Of a DNA stretch of 64,000 bases, positions 28,201-42,093 are shown piece by piece; the stretch's first letter is position 1, and each line of letters opens with the position of its first letter. The stretch is from the NCBI GenBank assembly GCA_023213395.1, contig CM041465.1, forward strand, positions 106,833,741 through 106,897,740. The letters run 5' to 3'. The DNA is from Cycas panzhihuaensis (taxonomy: Eukaryota > Plantae > Cycadophyta). Made by a program: the position numbers and the translations under genes. The notes beneath the pieces were generated by a model. The model was not told where the DNA came from. It did no database searches and was given only the letters and a program-made list of their open reading frames with translations.

Positions 28201-28760
28201 ATGATAGGGTGGATAAATGCCAATTAGCTCTCTAGAACAATAATTGTATGATCTTAACTTTAATAATTTTTTTAAAGTTGAGGATTTCCTAATAAAAATT
28301 TAATTCATTAACAAGGAATTAAGTAACTACATAAAATCTTCAACTAAAGAAGGTGATAAAACTATACTCATCACCTATACTAAAGACAATGAAACACTTA
28401 TGCATCTTGGCATAAACAAATTACCTAAATATTTTAATCTTTGTAAAGCTGCAAGACAATAAGCTGATTTCCCAGAAATCACTTTTAATCAGCTAACAAA
28501 TCATTTGATTGACTATCAAACTATGCTTATTCAAATTGAAAAACTTTAAGATCCTTCACTGACTTTGTTTTCTAAGTCTAAACATGCAAACAAATTTAAA
28601 CAAAATAACTTTAATAATAATCATAATAATAACTCCAAATTTTAGAAGCCTCATAGAGGTCCTTCTTCCTCATCCTTTGAAAATAATCATAATTAAAATA
28701 ATAAATATTCTAGACCATCTAAAAACTAGACTAACACTAAACACTCAATTCAAAAAAGGG
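25225..28760 (+). mobile_element. Degenerate LTR retrotransposon: 5' LTR, PBS, long AT-rich leader and decayed gag-like region
   Basis: Candidate LTR TGTTAG(25225)...TCGACA(25904) is immediately followed by a tRNA-Met-type PBS TGGTATCAAAG (25905). Downstream coding similarity is weak. Confidence 0.55.
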
Positions 28761-30418
28761 ATATTGTCAATTGTGCCCCTCTTGTTTCCCGACTCTTTGG
28801 GAATGGACTCGAGCACATCGACCCGAAGTATGTTAGGTATCACGTTCTTACTTTTCACGCCCATGCTTGATTAAGATTATTTAGCATAGGCTTGACATAT
28901 GCACTGCCTACATGGATTGCTTCTGCACGATCATATTGCATGTGCCTACGGCACACCATCGACTATGATGACTCTGGGGCATTCCTCAATGAATGCTTCA
29001 CCCCGTATGGCGCACAGCCACCCGCATCGTCTCCACGACCTCTCGGGATGTTTGATCGATCATGTCTACGTTTATGACATTTGGCTGCGTTGCAGTCTCC
29101 CAAGTCTGGTTAATCCCTTGGTTGAGGCCCGCTTTACTGTTCTAGCTACTTGCCCATCATTTGGATGTTTCCCCCTACTATTTTAGGCTTTCTTTACCCT
29201 TAACAACAGCTCCAAAAGCTTTATGTTTGTTGTTTTATTCTTTTTGTTACCAGTCTAATCTTTGCTACAAACTCGGATGCTTATGAAATCCATGATCTTG
29301 CCCGGGTTTACCACCAGTATGACTATTTGAATTTCAAAAAAGAAAACCATGTGACAATTTCTACTTTTGAAACTACATGGCGCTGTCGATTTGAGTGCAT
29401 GACATCCCCAACGTTCACCAATAGTGAACAGGGGATAAATGGGATTTTTCCTCTTCATTTAGGGATCTTTTTGCCATTTTTCTAACTTTTCTACTAAAAT
29501 TCTTATAGAGACATAATCTACATGCATAAGCGGTGAGAGAGGAAGACAACACCCTTTGCTACAAAATTTGGATTTTCATGGACCATTCTTGTCCCCATAG
29601 CTCTCTGCGGTGAGCCTCATGCCCTCTTGCAAGTGATCAAGGGTTCCAAAGGAAACTTCTACCAAAAACTCCTCCAAAGGACCAACTACCAGGGCTCCAA
29701 GTTTACAAGGATATTTCCATACTTCACTCTTGCAAAAACCTGCCATTATTATTCATCATACATTGGTTATTCCTACTGTTTCCTAATAGCAAACTCATAC
29801 TTAATTCTCCTCCAACAAGGTATTCTCTATTCTCACTTGCAATTTGTTTTGTTCTTGTTTCTTTTGCGTGTTGATGAATAAAATTCTAGTTTGTATAGTT
29901 TTATGTTGTTGCACTTGAGTGGTACTATTCTCTTTGTCTGTTGAGGCCTCACTATTTTTTTCAAACCATCCTCTCCAACCCTTTCTTGGTACACATTGTT
30001 GTAAAGGGCAACATAAAGATGATTTGAGGAGGTAGGCGGGGTTCCGTTCCCCTTTGTCGTCCTTCTTCCAAGGGTTCCATCCCTTATCCTCTTTCCCTTT
30101 GTCATTAGTACCTTCTTAGGAAATGGGTTAAGGGTTTGGGGAATCTAGTTTTGGTGTTAAAACCGGCGTTAGCAACTTTGTTGCCACCTTGGGTTCGAAA
30201 TTCCTTAGTTAGTGTTGGGCCCTACCTAAGCCCCAAACCTTTACCCATTGCTCCGCTTCTTTGTCATTGTTTGTTTCCCTCGACCTTATTGTGTCAACGT
30301 TTTTCTCCTTCTAGAGTTCAGTGGAGGTCAGCCTTGCATTGGGTGGGATTAAGCTATTACGAGGCTATACTCTTTTCCTTTTTTGGGTGTGTTTATGGTG
30401 TGTATGGTGGTGGGAGTC

Positions 30419-30918
30419 NNNNNNNNNNNNNNNNNNNNNNNNNNNNNNNNNNNNNNNNNNNNNNNNNNNNNNNNNNNNNNNNNNNNNNNNNNNNNNNNNN
30501 NNNNNNNNNNNNNNNNNNNNNNNNNNNNNNNNNNNNNNNNNNNNNNNNNNNNNNNNNNNNNNNNNNNNNNNNNNNNNNNNNNNNNNNNNNNNNNNNNNNN
30601 NNNNNNNNNNNNNNNNNNNNNNNNNNNNNNNNNNNNNNNNNNNNNNNNNNNNNNNNNNNNNNNNNNNNNNNNNNNNNNNNNNNNNNNNNNNNNNNNNNNN
30701 NNNNNNNNNNNNNNNNNNNNNNNNNNNNNNNNNNNNNNNNNNNNNNNNNNNNNNNNNNNNNNNNNNNNNNNNNNNNNNNNNNNNNNNNNNNNNNNNNNNN
30801 NNNNNNNNNNNNNNNNNNNNNNNNNNNNNNNNNNNNNNNNNNNNNNNNNNNNNNNNNNNNNNNNNNNNNNNNNNNNNNNNNNNNNNNNNNNNNNNNNNNN
30901 NNNNNNNNNNNNNNNNNN
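30419..30918. other. Assembly gap (500 N)
   Basis: Run of N. Confidence 1.
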
Positions 30919-32205
30919 TTCTCTTATTACATTGTCCTCATAGTCTTTGTTGCCTATATATTTTTTTTGCACTTCCATATCTATTTCTTTATTCTTGCAT
31001 CATCATAAAAGCCTAAAGATTTCTATAAAAAGTTAGTATGTTTTGTTGATAGCCATATTTCCTTTAGTGTTTATATTTGGCCAATCAAACTTGAAGCATC
31101 TTGGCTATTTACTGTAATATTCTATTACCCTTTGTTGTCTTCTTACCTGCATCTCATTTGATGTTGTTCCTTGATATACTTCTTATATATCTGAAGGATA
31201 GAATACAATCTTAACAACATACTCAAAGATTTATCGTTGTCCATCTCTTATACTACTCTAAATTTAAAATTATTGGTCTTAAATCCTCTTCGTACACACT
31301 CATGTAGCACCATATACATTGGGAGACGTTTGATTGTTATCCTACTACCATTATTTCCCAGCATCTTTTAGCCTTTGTACCATCTCCTCCAAGCTTGCTA
31401 CTATTGTTTTTTCATGTTGTCATTGCTTAGAAGTTTCGCATATTAATTTTATCATGCCATTATCTATCTTCACACTATCATTGATTCTATAGTTGGTAAA
31501 GGGTTCTGTGTATTAATACGTCTTGTCTCTTTGACACATATCATGCCTGAAGAGTGCACTGATCCATGTGCGGTTGCCCTTACTCACTATGTCTCAATAC
31601 TTCATTATGATGCGTTCTTTGTATTGAGCGTCGACTATACATGCATTCCGTGCAGCTCTATTGACTTGCCCTTTTGCGTTGAGTCTTCTGCATTTGGTGG
31701 ACACTAAAAATGGCTCATCATTTAGCTTGATATTGAGATCCAATGGTTCCATATGAATACAAAGTTGGTTGCAACCTTATCAACATAGTACAATATTACT
31801 TTAAGTTGATTTTTAATAAAGGTTTTAATTGTTGCCTTTACAAATCAATAGTATGTTCTTTAATGAGGCATAATCTTGTATTGAGGAGGATTTATTTTAG
31901 CAATTAAGTTGAAGTTTTTATCATATTCTAAGCAGTGATTTCTCTCATTAAGGGACTACTTAATTATTATTATGTGAGATTATATATGGGTGACAAGAAA
32001 GACATTCGATGCAAAAGTTACATTGGTTTAGAAGTGTGTTGTGTTGTGTTTAAATTACAATCAGGCTTGAGGTCATTTAATTCAAAGTGATTCATTTTTT
32101 GATGTTATTTAACTTAATTAATCTTGAATTATATGTCTACTATTCAAGAGAAGTTGCTTAGTAATAGTTAATTCTCTGAGTTATTTTGCTAATTTCTTTA
32201 AGTCA

Positions 32206-33004
32206 TGGGGAAGCTAGCCCCATTAGTTACCTTCAATGGGAATAATTTTAATGAGTGGAAGGCATACATAGAGCTTGTTTTAATGGTAAACTAGCTTTGG
32301 GGAATCACCAATCCAGCTTTATTAAGCTTGCCTTTAGATGAAAAAGATTGTGTATGTGTTGAGGAAAGATAATTCATGGCTGTTGGTTTACTCAAACTGT
32401 CTTTAGTCCCTGATCAAAGAGCTTTAGTACATAATCTTGAAACCCCATATGAAATTTGGACTGAACTTTGTGAGACTTTTGAGAAAAAGAAGACCAATTG
32501 TCATGTTGCTCTCATGATGGAATTATTAAGTGCAAAAGTAGAAGACGAAAATAACATTAGTGCCTTCTTGAACAAGATAACTAATTTGAGAAATAGATTG
32601 AATGAGCTAAATTCAAACTCAATAGATGATGATTTGTTATTTTCTATTATCATATCTAAGCTACTAGTTGCATTTTCCACCTTTCAGAGTGTTTATGGTA
32701 GTGATGAAACCATGGAAAGTGAGTCTTTTGAGTCCTTAAAAAATCTGATCCTAGTTGAAGATGCCAAATTGAAGCATCATGGGATGCTCGGTGGATTCAT
32801 TTCAAATCAGACCTTGGTAATAAATACACAAAGAAGGATATAGTCCATGAAAGTAAGTCTACGGAAGATTGGTGAGACCTCAGGAGAAAAGAAGAAGTTC
32901 ATTGGTAGGTGTAATTATTACAAGAAAGACGGTCATAGAGAAAGAAGTTATTGGATCAAGAAACGAGATAAGTACAAGGTAAACCAAGATGAGAAAGGAA
33001 AGAG
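32206..33004 (+). mobile_element. Ty1/copia gag remnant
   Basis: FNGNNFNEWK, UBN2-like PYEIWTELCETFE...LNKITNLRNRL...IIISKL, and a degenerate zinc knuckle CNYYKKDGHRERSY. Confidence 0.8.
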
Positions 33005-33600
33005 TGTAGGGTATCAAATATTTGTTGCTGTATTATTCTGCCTTCAGGCATCTCCATTTGGAGCCAATTTTGCTAGAACATGGTCCCTGTTGTATATTGG
33101 ACTGGCAGGAGCCCTACAATTGGTATCAGAGCCAATTCTTTCTAGATCACTTCTGGAGATAAATCATCCAATTTTCTTCAAGTCTTTTTTATCTTTTTTT
33201 CCTTACAAACTCAACACTCCTCTAGGTCCCTCATCCTTAAAATCCTTTGCCTCTACTCAGATTTTGACATAACTGCTTTCCCTACATCTGTTGCAATCGT
33301 TAGTATTCATAAACCCAAGCGCAAGTGGCCTTCGTTTGCATTTCTTTCCACTCTTACAACTTGTAAGTGTGAGATTCCTAGTAGCAAGATCACATTTGCA
33401 CTCTAGAGCACATTTTCCTCTCCTTGCATTCACATCTAACTCACCTTAGATCTTGCTTCATCCCATTCTACCTTGTATTCGTTCTCATGCAACGAACACA
33501 AGAAATACAATATAGGCATAGTTAATAGTAAATTCAATTCACTATCAAGGAAGAGCAGTACATAGTCGCACATGGGTTGATCCCTATCATGCCCATTCAT
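33005..33600 (+). mobile_element. Short LTR (114 bp) + tRNA-Met PBS + leader fragment, truncating the copia gag
   Basis: TGTAGGG(33005)...CCCTACA(33118) terminal inverted repeat, then AT and a perfect PBS TGGTATCAGAGC at 33121-33132. Right boundary is approximate. Confidence 0.65.
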
Positions 33601-33847
33601 CTTCTCATGAAAATAAAAACACGCAACACTCAAAGGAGCCTCGCCAAATTAATATGCAAAAATGCACACTAATCACTAATAGAGATCAACTTGATTTTCC
33701 CTAGTATGCTTATATTTCTTGTGAAGTTAGAAATGAAATATTAAGTCTATTTTTTTTTTCTTTTTTAAAGATGTTGAGTCTTAAAGAGAGAATCGATTTC
33801 TAGGTTGTTGGAATTTATCACCCTTTCATCCTGTTCACCCCTATAAA

Positions 33848-33916
33848 CTCCCTAGGGGTCGAACCTGGAACATTTTTTATGTCAAAAGGTAGTACTTACT
33901 GATGCACCCTAGCACC
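33848..33916 (-). mobile_element. Degenerate tRNA-like sequence (SINE head or tRNA pseudogene)
   Basis: Minus strand reads GGTGCTAGGGTGCATCAGTAAG...TTGACAT...CCAGGTTCGACCCCTAGG. B-box GGTTCGACCC lies at tRNA spacing from an A-box-like motif; stems are poor. Confidence 0.35.
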
Positions 33917-34067
33917 TGACTTAGTCTAAAATATAATAATGAAAAATATTCTCGTAAAAATATTTAAAAATTTATGATTTAGAATATCTATTTTAGTCAT
34001 AAGTTTAATTTAATTACTAATTTAATTTTTAAATTGGCAACTGTATTTTGTCATTTTGTCAAACTAG

Positions 34068-37000
34068 TGTTAGGATACTATGCTTTAGATTATAGTATTT
34101 AATTTTTTACATCAAAAGTTACCCTGAAGATAAGCGACAACCTAGAATATTGAGTTTGTCTACTCTCACTCCCACCAAGTAATATCTATGTAAGAAAAAA
34201 AATGAGTTAATAATAGAACAACAAATAAAGATTTTAAAGTAGAATTAGTCTATCTTCAAATATTTTCCATTAATATTGAATTGTGTGATACAAAGTATGA
34301 TATAAATATAAATACAAGTGTTGGCCAAATAACTATCCATTAGAGTGGTAATTATCCTAACTCGTGTCATGCGCCCACTAAAGACTTTGGTAACTCTCAA
34401 TAACACATGGTTCAAACTAACCCATCAAGGACTCACCTAACCATTAGGACTCACAACATGAAATTATGACTGAAGCGAACATTAATTCTAGCACTCCCCT
34501 TAATGTTTATTTCATTGGCTTTAACACTAATACCATCTCTAAACTTCTCAATTTTGTATTATGCCAACAATTTGGTGAAGATGTGTGCCAACTTTTCATT
34601 AATAGGCTTGTAAATCAACTCAATCTCCCCATTTTGAGTCTTTTCTCTAATAAAATGATGACACACCTCAATATGTTTGATGCATAAAACACTAGATTCT
34701 TGGCTATCTTCAATGTACTTGAATTATAATGGTCCAACTTTGTAATACCTTTCTAATAAAAACCTAAATCACCAAGAAAGAATTTTAACTAGATGGCTTC
34801 ACATGCTACAACTACAACATTATGTTGTGCTTTAGTAGAAGAAATGACATCATTGGGTTGTTTTTTGTTGCTCCAAGTTACAATAACTAATCTAAAACTA
34901 AAATAGTATCTAAAAATGAACCTTCTAGTGTCAATGCATCCAACCTAATCTAAATAAAAAAGACCCTCCAAGACAAAATTATTGTTGTGGTAAACTCAAG
35001 TCCATACTGTAGTGTTTCCTACAAGTATCTCAAAATCCTCCTTCCAATTTTCTAATGGATTTGCTTTAGTTCTATCATGAACTTGGATCCCATGCCTATT
35101 GCATAAATAATATTAGGTTTAGTTGTAATCAAATAAATGTAATTTTTAACTTTTTGTCTATACAAATTGCCATATACCTGCTTCCCTTCATCTTAAGCTA
35201 ATAACTTTGTCCATGCTTCCATTGGGATCAATGAAGGCTTGTAGTCCTCCATTCTGAATTTTTCTAAAACTTTCCATGTGTATTTAGTATGCAAAATGGA
35301 TATCCTACCAAGTCTTTACCAAACTTCTAATTTGAGGAAATAATAGAGTAGTCGAAGATCAATCATTTTAAAAGAGTTCTTCAAATCTTCTTTTAAGTCA
35401 TTTACAATTGAGGTATCATTGCTTGTTATGACTAAATCACCAGCATATAAGAGCATAGAGGTCACAAATCTTCCATCATGAACCTTTATATACAAGTTTG
35501 AATCAACTAACGAATTTTCAAATCCATTCTTATGAAAACAATCATCAATTATAAAATACCATGCTTTAATAACCTACTTTAAGCCATACAAAGCCTTTTT
35601 TAGAGGGGACATACCGAATATCCCTTACCCTCCTCTGCATATCCAAGTGGCTACTCCATATAGACCTCTTCTATCAAATCTCCATTAAGGAGAATACTGC
35701 TCACATCAAACTAGTGTAATTTCTATTTAAATTGGGAAGCGAAAGTAAGTATGATCCTTATAGTCATCATTTTTACTACTAGAGCAAACGTTTCATGATC
35801 ATCAACTCCTCCTTTCTACTTGAAGCCTTTAGCCACTAATCTAGTTTTATATTTCAATCAAGCCATCAAATATGAATTTGGTCATATAAACCCGTCTACA
35901 TCCAATTGTACATTTCCCTTTGAGAAATTATACTAAATCCCAAGTTTTATTCTTGCTCACTGCGCAGATTTCAACATCTATAACGTCTTTCCACTTTTTC
36001 TTTGAATTTGCCCCCTCAAAAGTGGAAGCCCTTTTTTCATTAAACACCTCATCTTAGATTTTTGCTTGCCTTGTGTCTCAAGTGACTATGCATCAACAAT
36101 TATTTTCAGATACCATTTGAGCAACCTCTTTGATGGCAAAATGATTTTAGATTTAAGATCCTCAAATCCCTCCTCTTCATCAATAGTATCAACCAATGCA
36201 TTGATTGGTTATGATTCCGGCATGACAAATTCTCTCAAAAAACTTGATTATAGTTGTTTCTTGATATGTTTTCCTTTCTCCTACCTAAATTGCAATGAAC
36301 CTAGGGCTATCTCCTTGTCACTTTCTTTAAATATGGTGTCACAAGTTGTGTGCACCATTTTGATTTTTAACCTATACACTCAATAAGTTTTGCTCGTCTC
36401 ATTATACCAAATGAAAATGCAATTAAAATTTTCTTAATCAAATTTTTATTGTTTCTCCTTTGGAATGTGTATACATCCTATACACTCAAAGATTCTATGA
36501 GGGCTCATTGTAGGCTTTCTGTCTATCCAAGCCTCCTCAAGCATCACATTTCTAACAACCTTTATAGGACTCTTGTTCGTCAAGTAAATTGTTGCATCAT
36601 AGCTCCTATCAAATCTAGTAGACTGTTGGTATTCAATATTAACTTTTTTTAATAAGAGTCATATTCATCCTTCTTGTCATTTTGTTTTACTATGGTGTAT
36701 ATATAGTTGTGAACTACTTTTTGATTCCATGATTCTTACAACATTGATCAAATTCTTTAGAGGTGTATTCACCATTATTATTAGATTTGAAGATCTTCAA
36801 CCTGTGCACTTTTATTTTTAGCCTCCTCTTTAAACTCTTTGAAAATATCAAAGGCATGTGACTTCTCATTATGGAATAAACCCATGCTTTCATCGAGAAA
36901 GCATCAAGCTAAAAAGTTATTTTGCACCTCCAAGTGATCTTGTTAGTATCAGTCCATGCCAAGATTGTAAATGGTTTAACATGCACAACATACATCCAGA

Positions 37001-38820
37001 TCTTTAGCATACACAACAAGCATCAAATAACAAAGAATGATACATTGAATATATGTAGAAAAACCCTCTTGAGAAAGAAACCTACTAAGCCAAATCAATC
37101 ATTACATTCATTAAAGTCCAACCTAGGGCTTGGAATATATATAAACCCATATGGTACATCCATATAAAGAAATGCGACTCTTCGTTAATCATGGCCATTC
37201 AACTAATCAACTCATTAATTAACCACATTTACATTAATTAACTATATGGTTAACACTTAACCACTCTAGCATCCCCTTTAATAGAAATGTAAGGAATTAG
37301 GCTTCAATTAGAAATCTCCAAGCGAAGGTAGTATTTTCCAAAAGAGTTTTCCTAGGTATATCCCGTGTACTATTCTTTATTGTTTGATGCTTGCTCTGAT
37401 ACCATGTTAAGATTGTGAATGATTTAACATGTACAACATACATCCAAATCTTCAACATACATAATAAGCATCAAACAACAAAGAATAATACACCAGATAT
37501 ATGTTGAATAACCATTTCGAGAAAATGTCCACTAAGCCAAATCAATCATTACGTTGATTTCACTATAATGAGATGATACATCCAACCTAAGGGTTGGTAT
37601 ATATATACAAACCTATATGGTAAGTCCATCTAAAGAGATGCAACTCTTCGTTAATCATGGCCATTCAACTAATCAACTCACTAATTAACCACATTTATAT
37701 TAATTTAACTATGTGGTTAACACTTAACCACTCTAACAGTCAATAAATATCAGTGGACATAAGTCCAATTTCTCTTTTGCTCTTCAAGCTTTACCTCTTT
37801 CAAATTTCTCTTGATGTTCCTTGACCATTATACATGGTTCACATAGATAATTTTAAATTTCAAGTCTTGGTAAGCCATGTACCATATTCAATTTAAGCAT
37901 CAACCAAATACAAGACTAATGCAAATGTCCCATGCATCCAAGTCATGAATGATTCTTCTAAGTTATATTTGTAGTAAATGCTCTTTGATTCACATTTCTG
38001 CCTTTCGACCTATAAAGGCCATCTTCTTCTATACCTATTATTACCACTTTTCCATTACTATCTTTGATTATATATTTGCCATGTTCAAAATGAACACTCA
38101 TGTTATTTTTCTCAATTTAACTAATAAAGATCATATCCTTCATTAGTCTAGGTACACACAAAATGTCATTGATGTAAGTACTCTCACCACTTGGTGTAAT
38201 TATGAAGACCAAGCCAATTCCTTCAGCTTGTAGTATGGAGTCATCACCAAGTATAACAAATTGACATTTAGCCTCCCACACGTGTCTAAACCATTCTAAC
38301 TTGTACGCCATGTGTCTAGCAACACTTGAATCAATATACCAAGCTTCATCAAAATTATACCTCAACTCATAAATTGGTATGAAGAGTCATTCCTTTTCAT
38401 CCTTACTTGAAGAATGACAAAAAAAAGAACCAAACCATTGTTTCTTTTGCTATTTCAACTAATCATACTATTTCTATTGATCATATTACAACTTTCTAAG
38501 ATCTTTTTTAAAGTGCCTAGGTCTATCAGAGTAGTAACATACTCTTGATTTACCTAGTCCTTTAAAGAACTTAGGACCCTCCTTCTAAGCATTAGTTTCC
38601 TTGGGAGTAATATTCTTCTTCTAAATAAAGAGATTATGCCCTTTGTACTTTATTGCATATGCACCAAATGTTTTGCCTTTATTACTTTCTTTCAACAACT
38701 ACTTTGGTTGTAATAGCAAACCCTCAAGTTCATTAAAAGTGATTGTGCAGAGTTTCTTAGCTATTGTCAAACTATGACAAACTTCTTATATGACTGGGGC
38801 AAACTCTTTAACACAAAGGT
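34068..38820 (-). mobile_element. Degenerate Ty1/copia retrotransposon (gag 3' part, PR, INT, RT, RH, PPT, 3' LTR)
   Basis: gag VLKSLPQSY at ~38800, protease WYIDSSVARHM 38117-38365, integrase ~36350-37790, RT/RH ~34510-36050 in copia order. PPT TAAGGGGAG at 34494-34502 abuts an LTR TGCTAG(34493)...CTAACA(34068). Confidence 0.88.
36957..37738 (-). mobile_element. Complete TRIM (terminal-repeat retrotransposon in miniature)
   Basis: Two LTRs (36957-37271, 37405-37738), a 133-bp non-coding interior with PBS TGGTATCAGAGC (37393-37404) and PPT AAAGGGGA (37272-37279), and TSD GTCCA/GTCAA. Inserted in the copia integrase. Confidence 0.92.
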
Positions 38821-41800
38821 AATCTATGGGAATCATAGTGGGCATTCACACGAAAAACAATTGAAAACACACAGATCTATGCTATTTAGCAAAGCAAATC
38901 CAAATATACCATGTGATATGATGATAATTGCTAAAGTAAAATAAGCAAATCTCAAAGATTAATTGAAAATACTAATTATAAAGACATTAATAACAGTTCA
39001 ATATTATTTATAAAATGTCCAAAACTTACAATTATTGAACATCACAATACGTCCCCTTTTCAACATGGGGCGTCCTCCCAAAACGAATCCCAACTAGGGC
39101 TAAAAATAGCAAATTGGATCATCTTCTAATGATGCCTTACAATAGGGGCAGGATGCCCCATATATAGGTGAAGTAAAATTTAAAAATAGAAGTTGGTTTT
39201 GAGAAAGGTATCCAACCAAAATTAAGAGAGAAAAATAAAGAACTAAATATTAAGAGTAGAGCCTAGTTATGCATTCAAAAGAAATGCTATAAGTTCTGCC
39301 TGTTGAAAACATGTTTTGCCTTCAAAACATGGAAATGTGAGAATGTTGTTGACACCACGCTTCAGATTCCCATGTGGCATCTTCCTTGTTGAGGCCTCTC
39401 CACGTGATCAAATATTCACAAATCTTCTTAGAGCAAAGCTGCAGGTTTGAATATGGATGATGGCTTCAGGTTCTATAGTAAACTATCCTTCTTCGTCCAA
39501 TATGGGAAGTATTGTCTTGATTATCATGGGAAGTATTGTCACAAGAGACATGCAATACATTGTGCACTTTGTTGCTAAGTAGTAGACCAAGTTGGTAGGC
39601 TATCTCTTGTACGTTCTCCAAGATCTAATAAGGCCCATAAAATTGTGGCTACAATTTAAACCTCCTTGCCTGCTTTAGCGTAAATTGTTTATATAGTTGA
39701 AGCGTTAAAAAAAGCCCACCTCCTTTTTCAAATGGCCTTTCTAATCTATGTAAATCAACTTCTTATTACATGTGGTTCCTTGTTAAGTTGAAATAGTCCT
39801 TTAAAATTTGTACTATCTGAGCCAACTATTATTGTTGGTCCTATACAACAAGTACAAGGAATTATTGGCCCATGGGAGGAGAGATAGGGGTTCATAACCA
39901 TATAATGCCTAAAAGAGTCATCTTGACCAAGGTGTGATAGGTGGTATTGTACCACCATTCAGTTGGATATAACCACTTATGCTAATGTTGTTACTTATTA
40001 GGTGAAAAGTTCTAAAGATAGCCTTCCAAACATTTATTCACTACTTCTATTTGTCCATCTATTTGTGGATGATAGGCTATGCTCATTGTGATCTTAGTAC
40101 CTCCCTGGTGGAACATCTCATGTCAAAAGTTGTTCATGAATTTTAGATTAGATCACTTACTATCACTTTGGGAAAACCTTGTAGTCTGCAAAATTCTTTA
40201 ATGAATAGACTAACAATTTGATTGTCCTTAACTATGCGTTGAGTACCTCTAAAGTGTGTATACTTAGCCAATTGATCCACTACTATAATTATCAAGTCCT
40301 TACTTCCTTATCTCAATAGACTTGTTATAAAATCCATTAATATTTCCTACCATTTTTGTTCTAGTATATGTAAAGGGTCAGTGATCTTAGAATTCTAATA
40401 TTTTTGCTATTGTTCTTTAACAAGTGTCACATTATGATATAAACTTGTAGATATCTACTTTCAAACTTGTTGAGAAAAATATATTATGGACTTGGAAATA
40501 CATTTTGTCAATCCCTATGTCCTAATAATGGTGTCACATGAACTTCTTGGATGAACTTCTCCTTGAGTGTTGATGTATGAGGGACAAAGGTCTTCCCCCT
40601 ATGCAAAATTAAATTAGTATATAATCTATATTTTATTTGTGTTCTTGCCTAGATTTTCTAGAGTATCTGTTGTGCCCTGGATCTTTCTGGTATTCTTGTA
40701 CCAACTCGTGTGTCCAATTATATGTGGCCATTGAAATTGCCCAAAGGGTGGGTTCCTTTGGATTCCTAGTTAGTGCATCTACCACCACATTCTCTTTCCC
40801 TTTCTTGTAGATGATACCAAAGTCGAAAGCTTGCAGTTTGCTTACCCATTTTTGTTATTTGTTTGATAAAGCCCTTTAATTCAAGAATTACTTAAGTCTG
40901 TCATGATTAGTCTTGACCAAGAATTTGCTCCTTACTAAGTATTGTTGCCATTGGTGGATGGCATGCATAATTGTAAGCATTTCCTTGTTGTAAATATGTT
41001 TTAGTTGTTCTCTTGAATTTACTCTCTGATTTTCGTAAGCTATGGGTTGCTTGTTCTAAAGCAAAATTGCTTCTAATCCAACTCCTGAATCATCACATTC
41101 TAAAACAAACAATTCTCTTACGTCTTATGTAGCTAAAATAGGGTAGTGAGCATGGCATTCTTCAATCCTTGGAAAGCTTGTTCTACTAGTTGGTGCCATA
41201 TGAAAGCTCCCTTCTTTGTGAGGCTCGTTAATGGTGCTATTACGATTGCATATCCTTTTATGAAGTGTCACAAAAATCCAATTGCCCCCAAAAACATTTT
41301 GGCACTTGCGATATTATTTGACATGGGCAAATTCACGATGGCTTGGACTTTTTCTGGGATCCTTCTTTACTCTGTCTTGGGTGATGATATGGCCCAAATA
41401 TTCTCGTTCTGTTTATCCAAAGGTGGATTTGGATTTGTTTGTGAAGAATTGGTTTTCTTCCAAGATTTGTAAAACTTCCTACAAATGCTCTAAGTGTTTA
41501 TCCAATGTTTGGCTATAAATCAAAATGTCATTAAAGAATAGTAGGGCAAATTTCTTGATAAATGGTTTAACCACCATGTTCATGGTGCATTGGAATGTTG
41601 TTGATTCATTAACCAGCCCAAATGGTATCACCCAAAACTCAAATAAGCCTTGATGTGTCTAGAAAGTTGTTTTACGCATATCTTTGAAGCAAGATCAATC
41701 CTAGAGATGTTCTTGGCACTATGTAGTTCATCTCACAAAATGTCAATCCATAGCATTAGACACCTATTCTTAATTGTTAACTTGTTGAGAGAAAGATAGT

Positions 41801-42081
41801 GAGCACACATCCGATGCGACCCATCCTTCTTTTCGATCAAAATAATTGGTGATGGAAAAGGACTGGAACTGGCCATAATAGCTCCCTATTGTAACAAATT
41901 CTTGGCGATTTGTTATATTTCCTTCTTGAAGTGGTGTGGGTATCTGTAAGGTCAGATGTTGACTAGTGCAACTCCTAGTATTAACTGTATTGCATGCTCA
42001 TTAACTCTATTGCCCTTTTGGAATGTCTTGAAAGATCTTGTTGTGTTGGTTTATGATAGCTTAGACTCAAATAAAACATCT
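38821..42081 (-). mobile_element. Degenerate chromovirus (Ty3/gypsy): RT, RH, INT, chromodomain and 3' LTR
   Basis: RT start (VNI.PYRYPHHFK, SSPFPSPIILI.KKDG) ~41800-41960, RH ~40750-41150, INT ~39550-40560, chromodomain EYLITWRGLNKEDATWESE ~39350-39430, LTR-like ~38821-39290 with reverse TATA at ~39160. Confidence 0.85.
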
Positions 42082-42093
42082 TGTTTAGGAGAG
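41759..42093 (+). repeat. 335-bp direct repeat, copy 1 (copy 2 at 50125-50459)
   Basis: GACACCTATTCTT...AACATCTTGTTTAGGAGAG is present twice, ungapped, with about 23 substitutions by manual count. Confidence 0.95.

Noticed and set aside
28770-30418. Mixed GC-richer fragments before the gap
   Set aside because: Probably repeat debris, but no termini or domains could be assigned.
30136-31016. ORFs spanning X runs
   Set aside because: Open only because of the 500-N gap.
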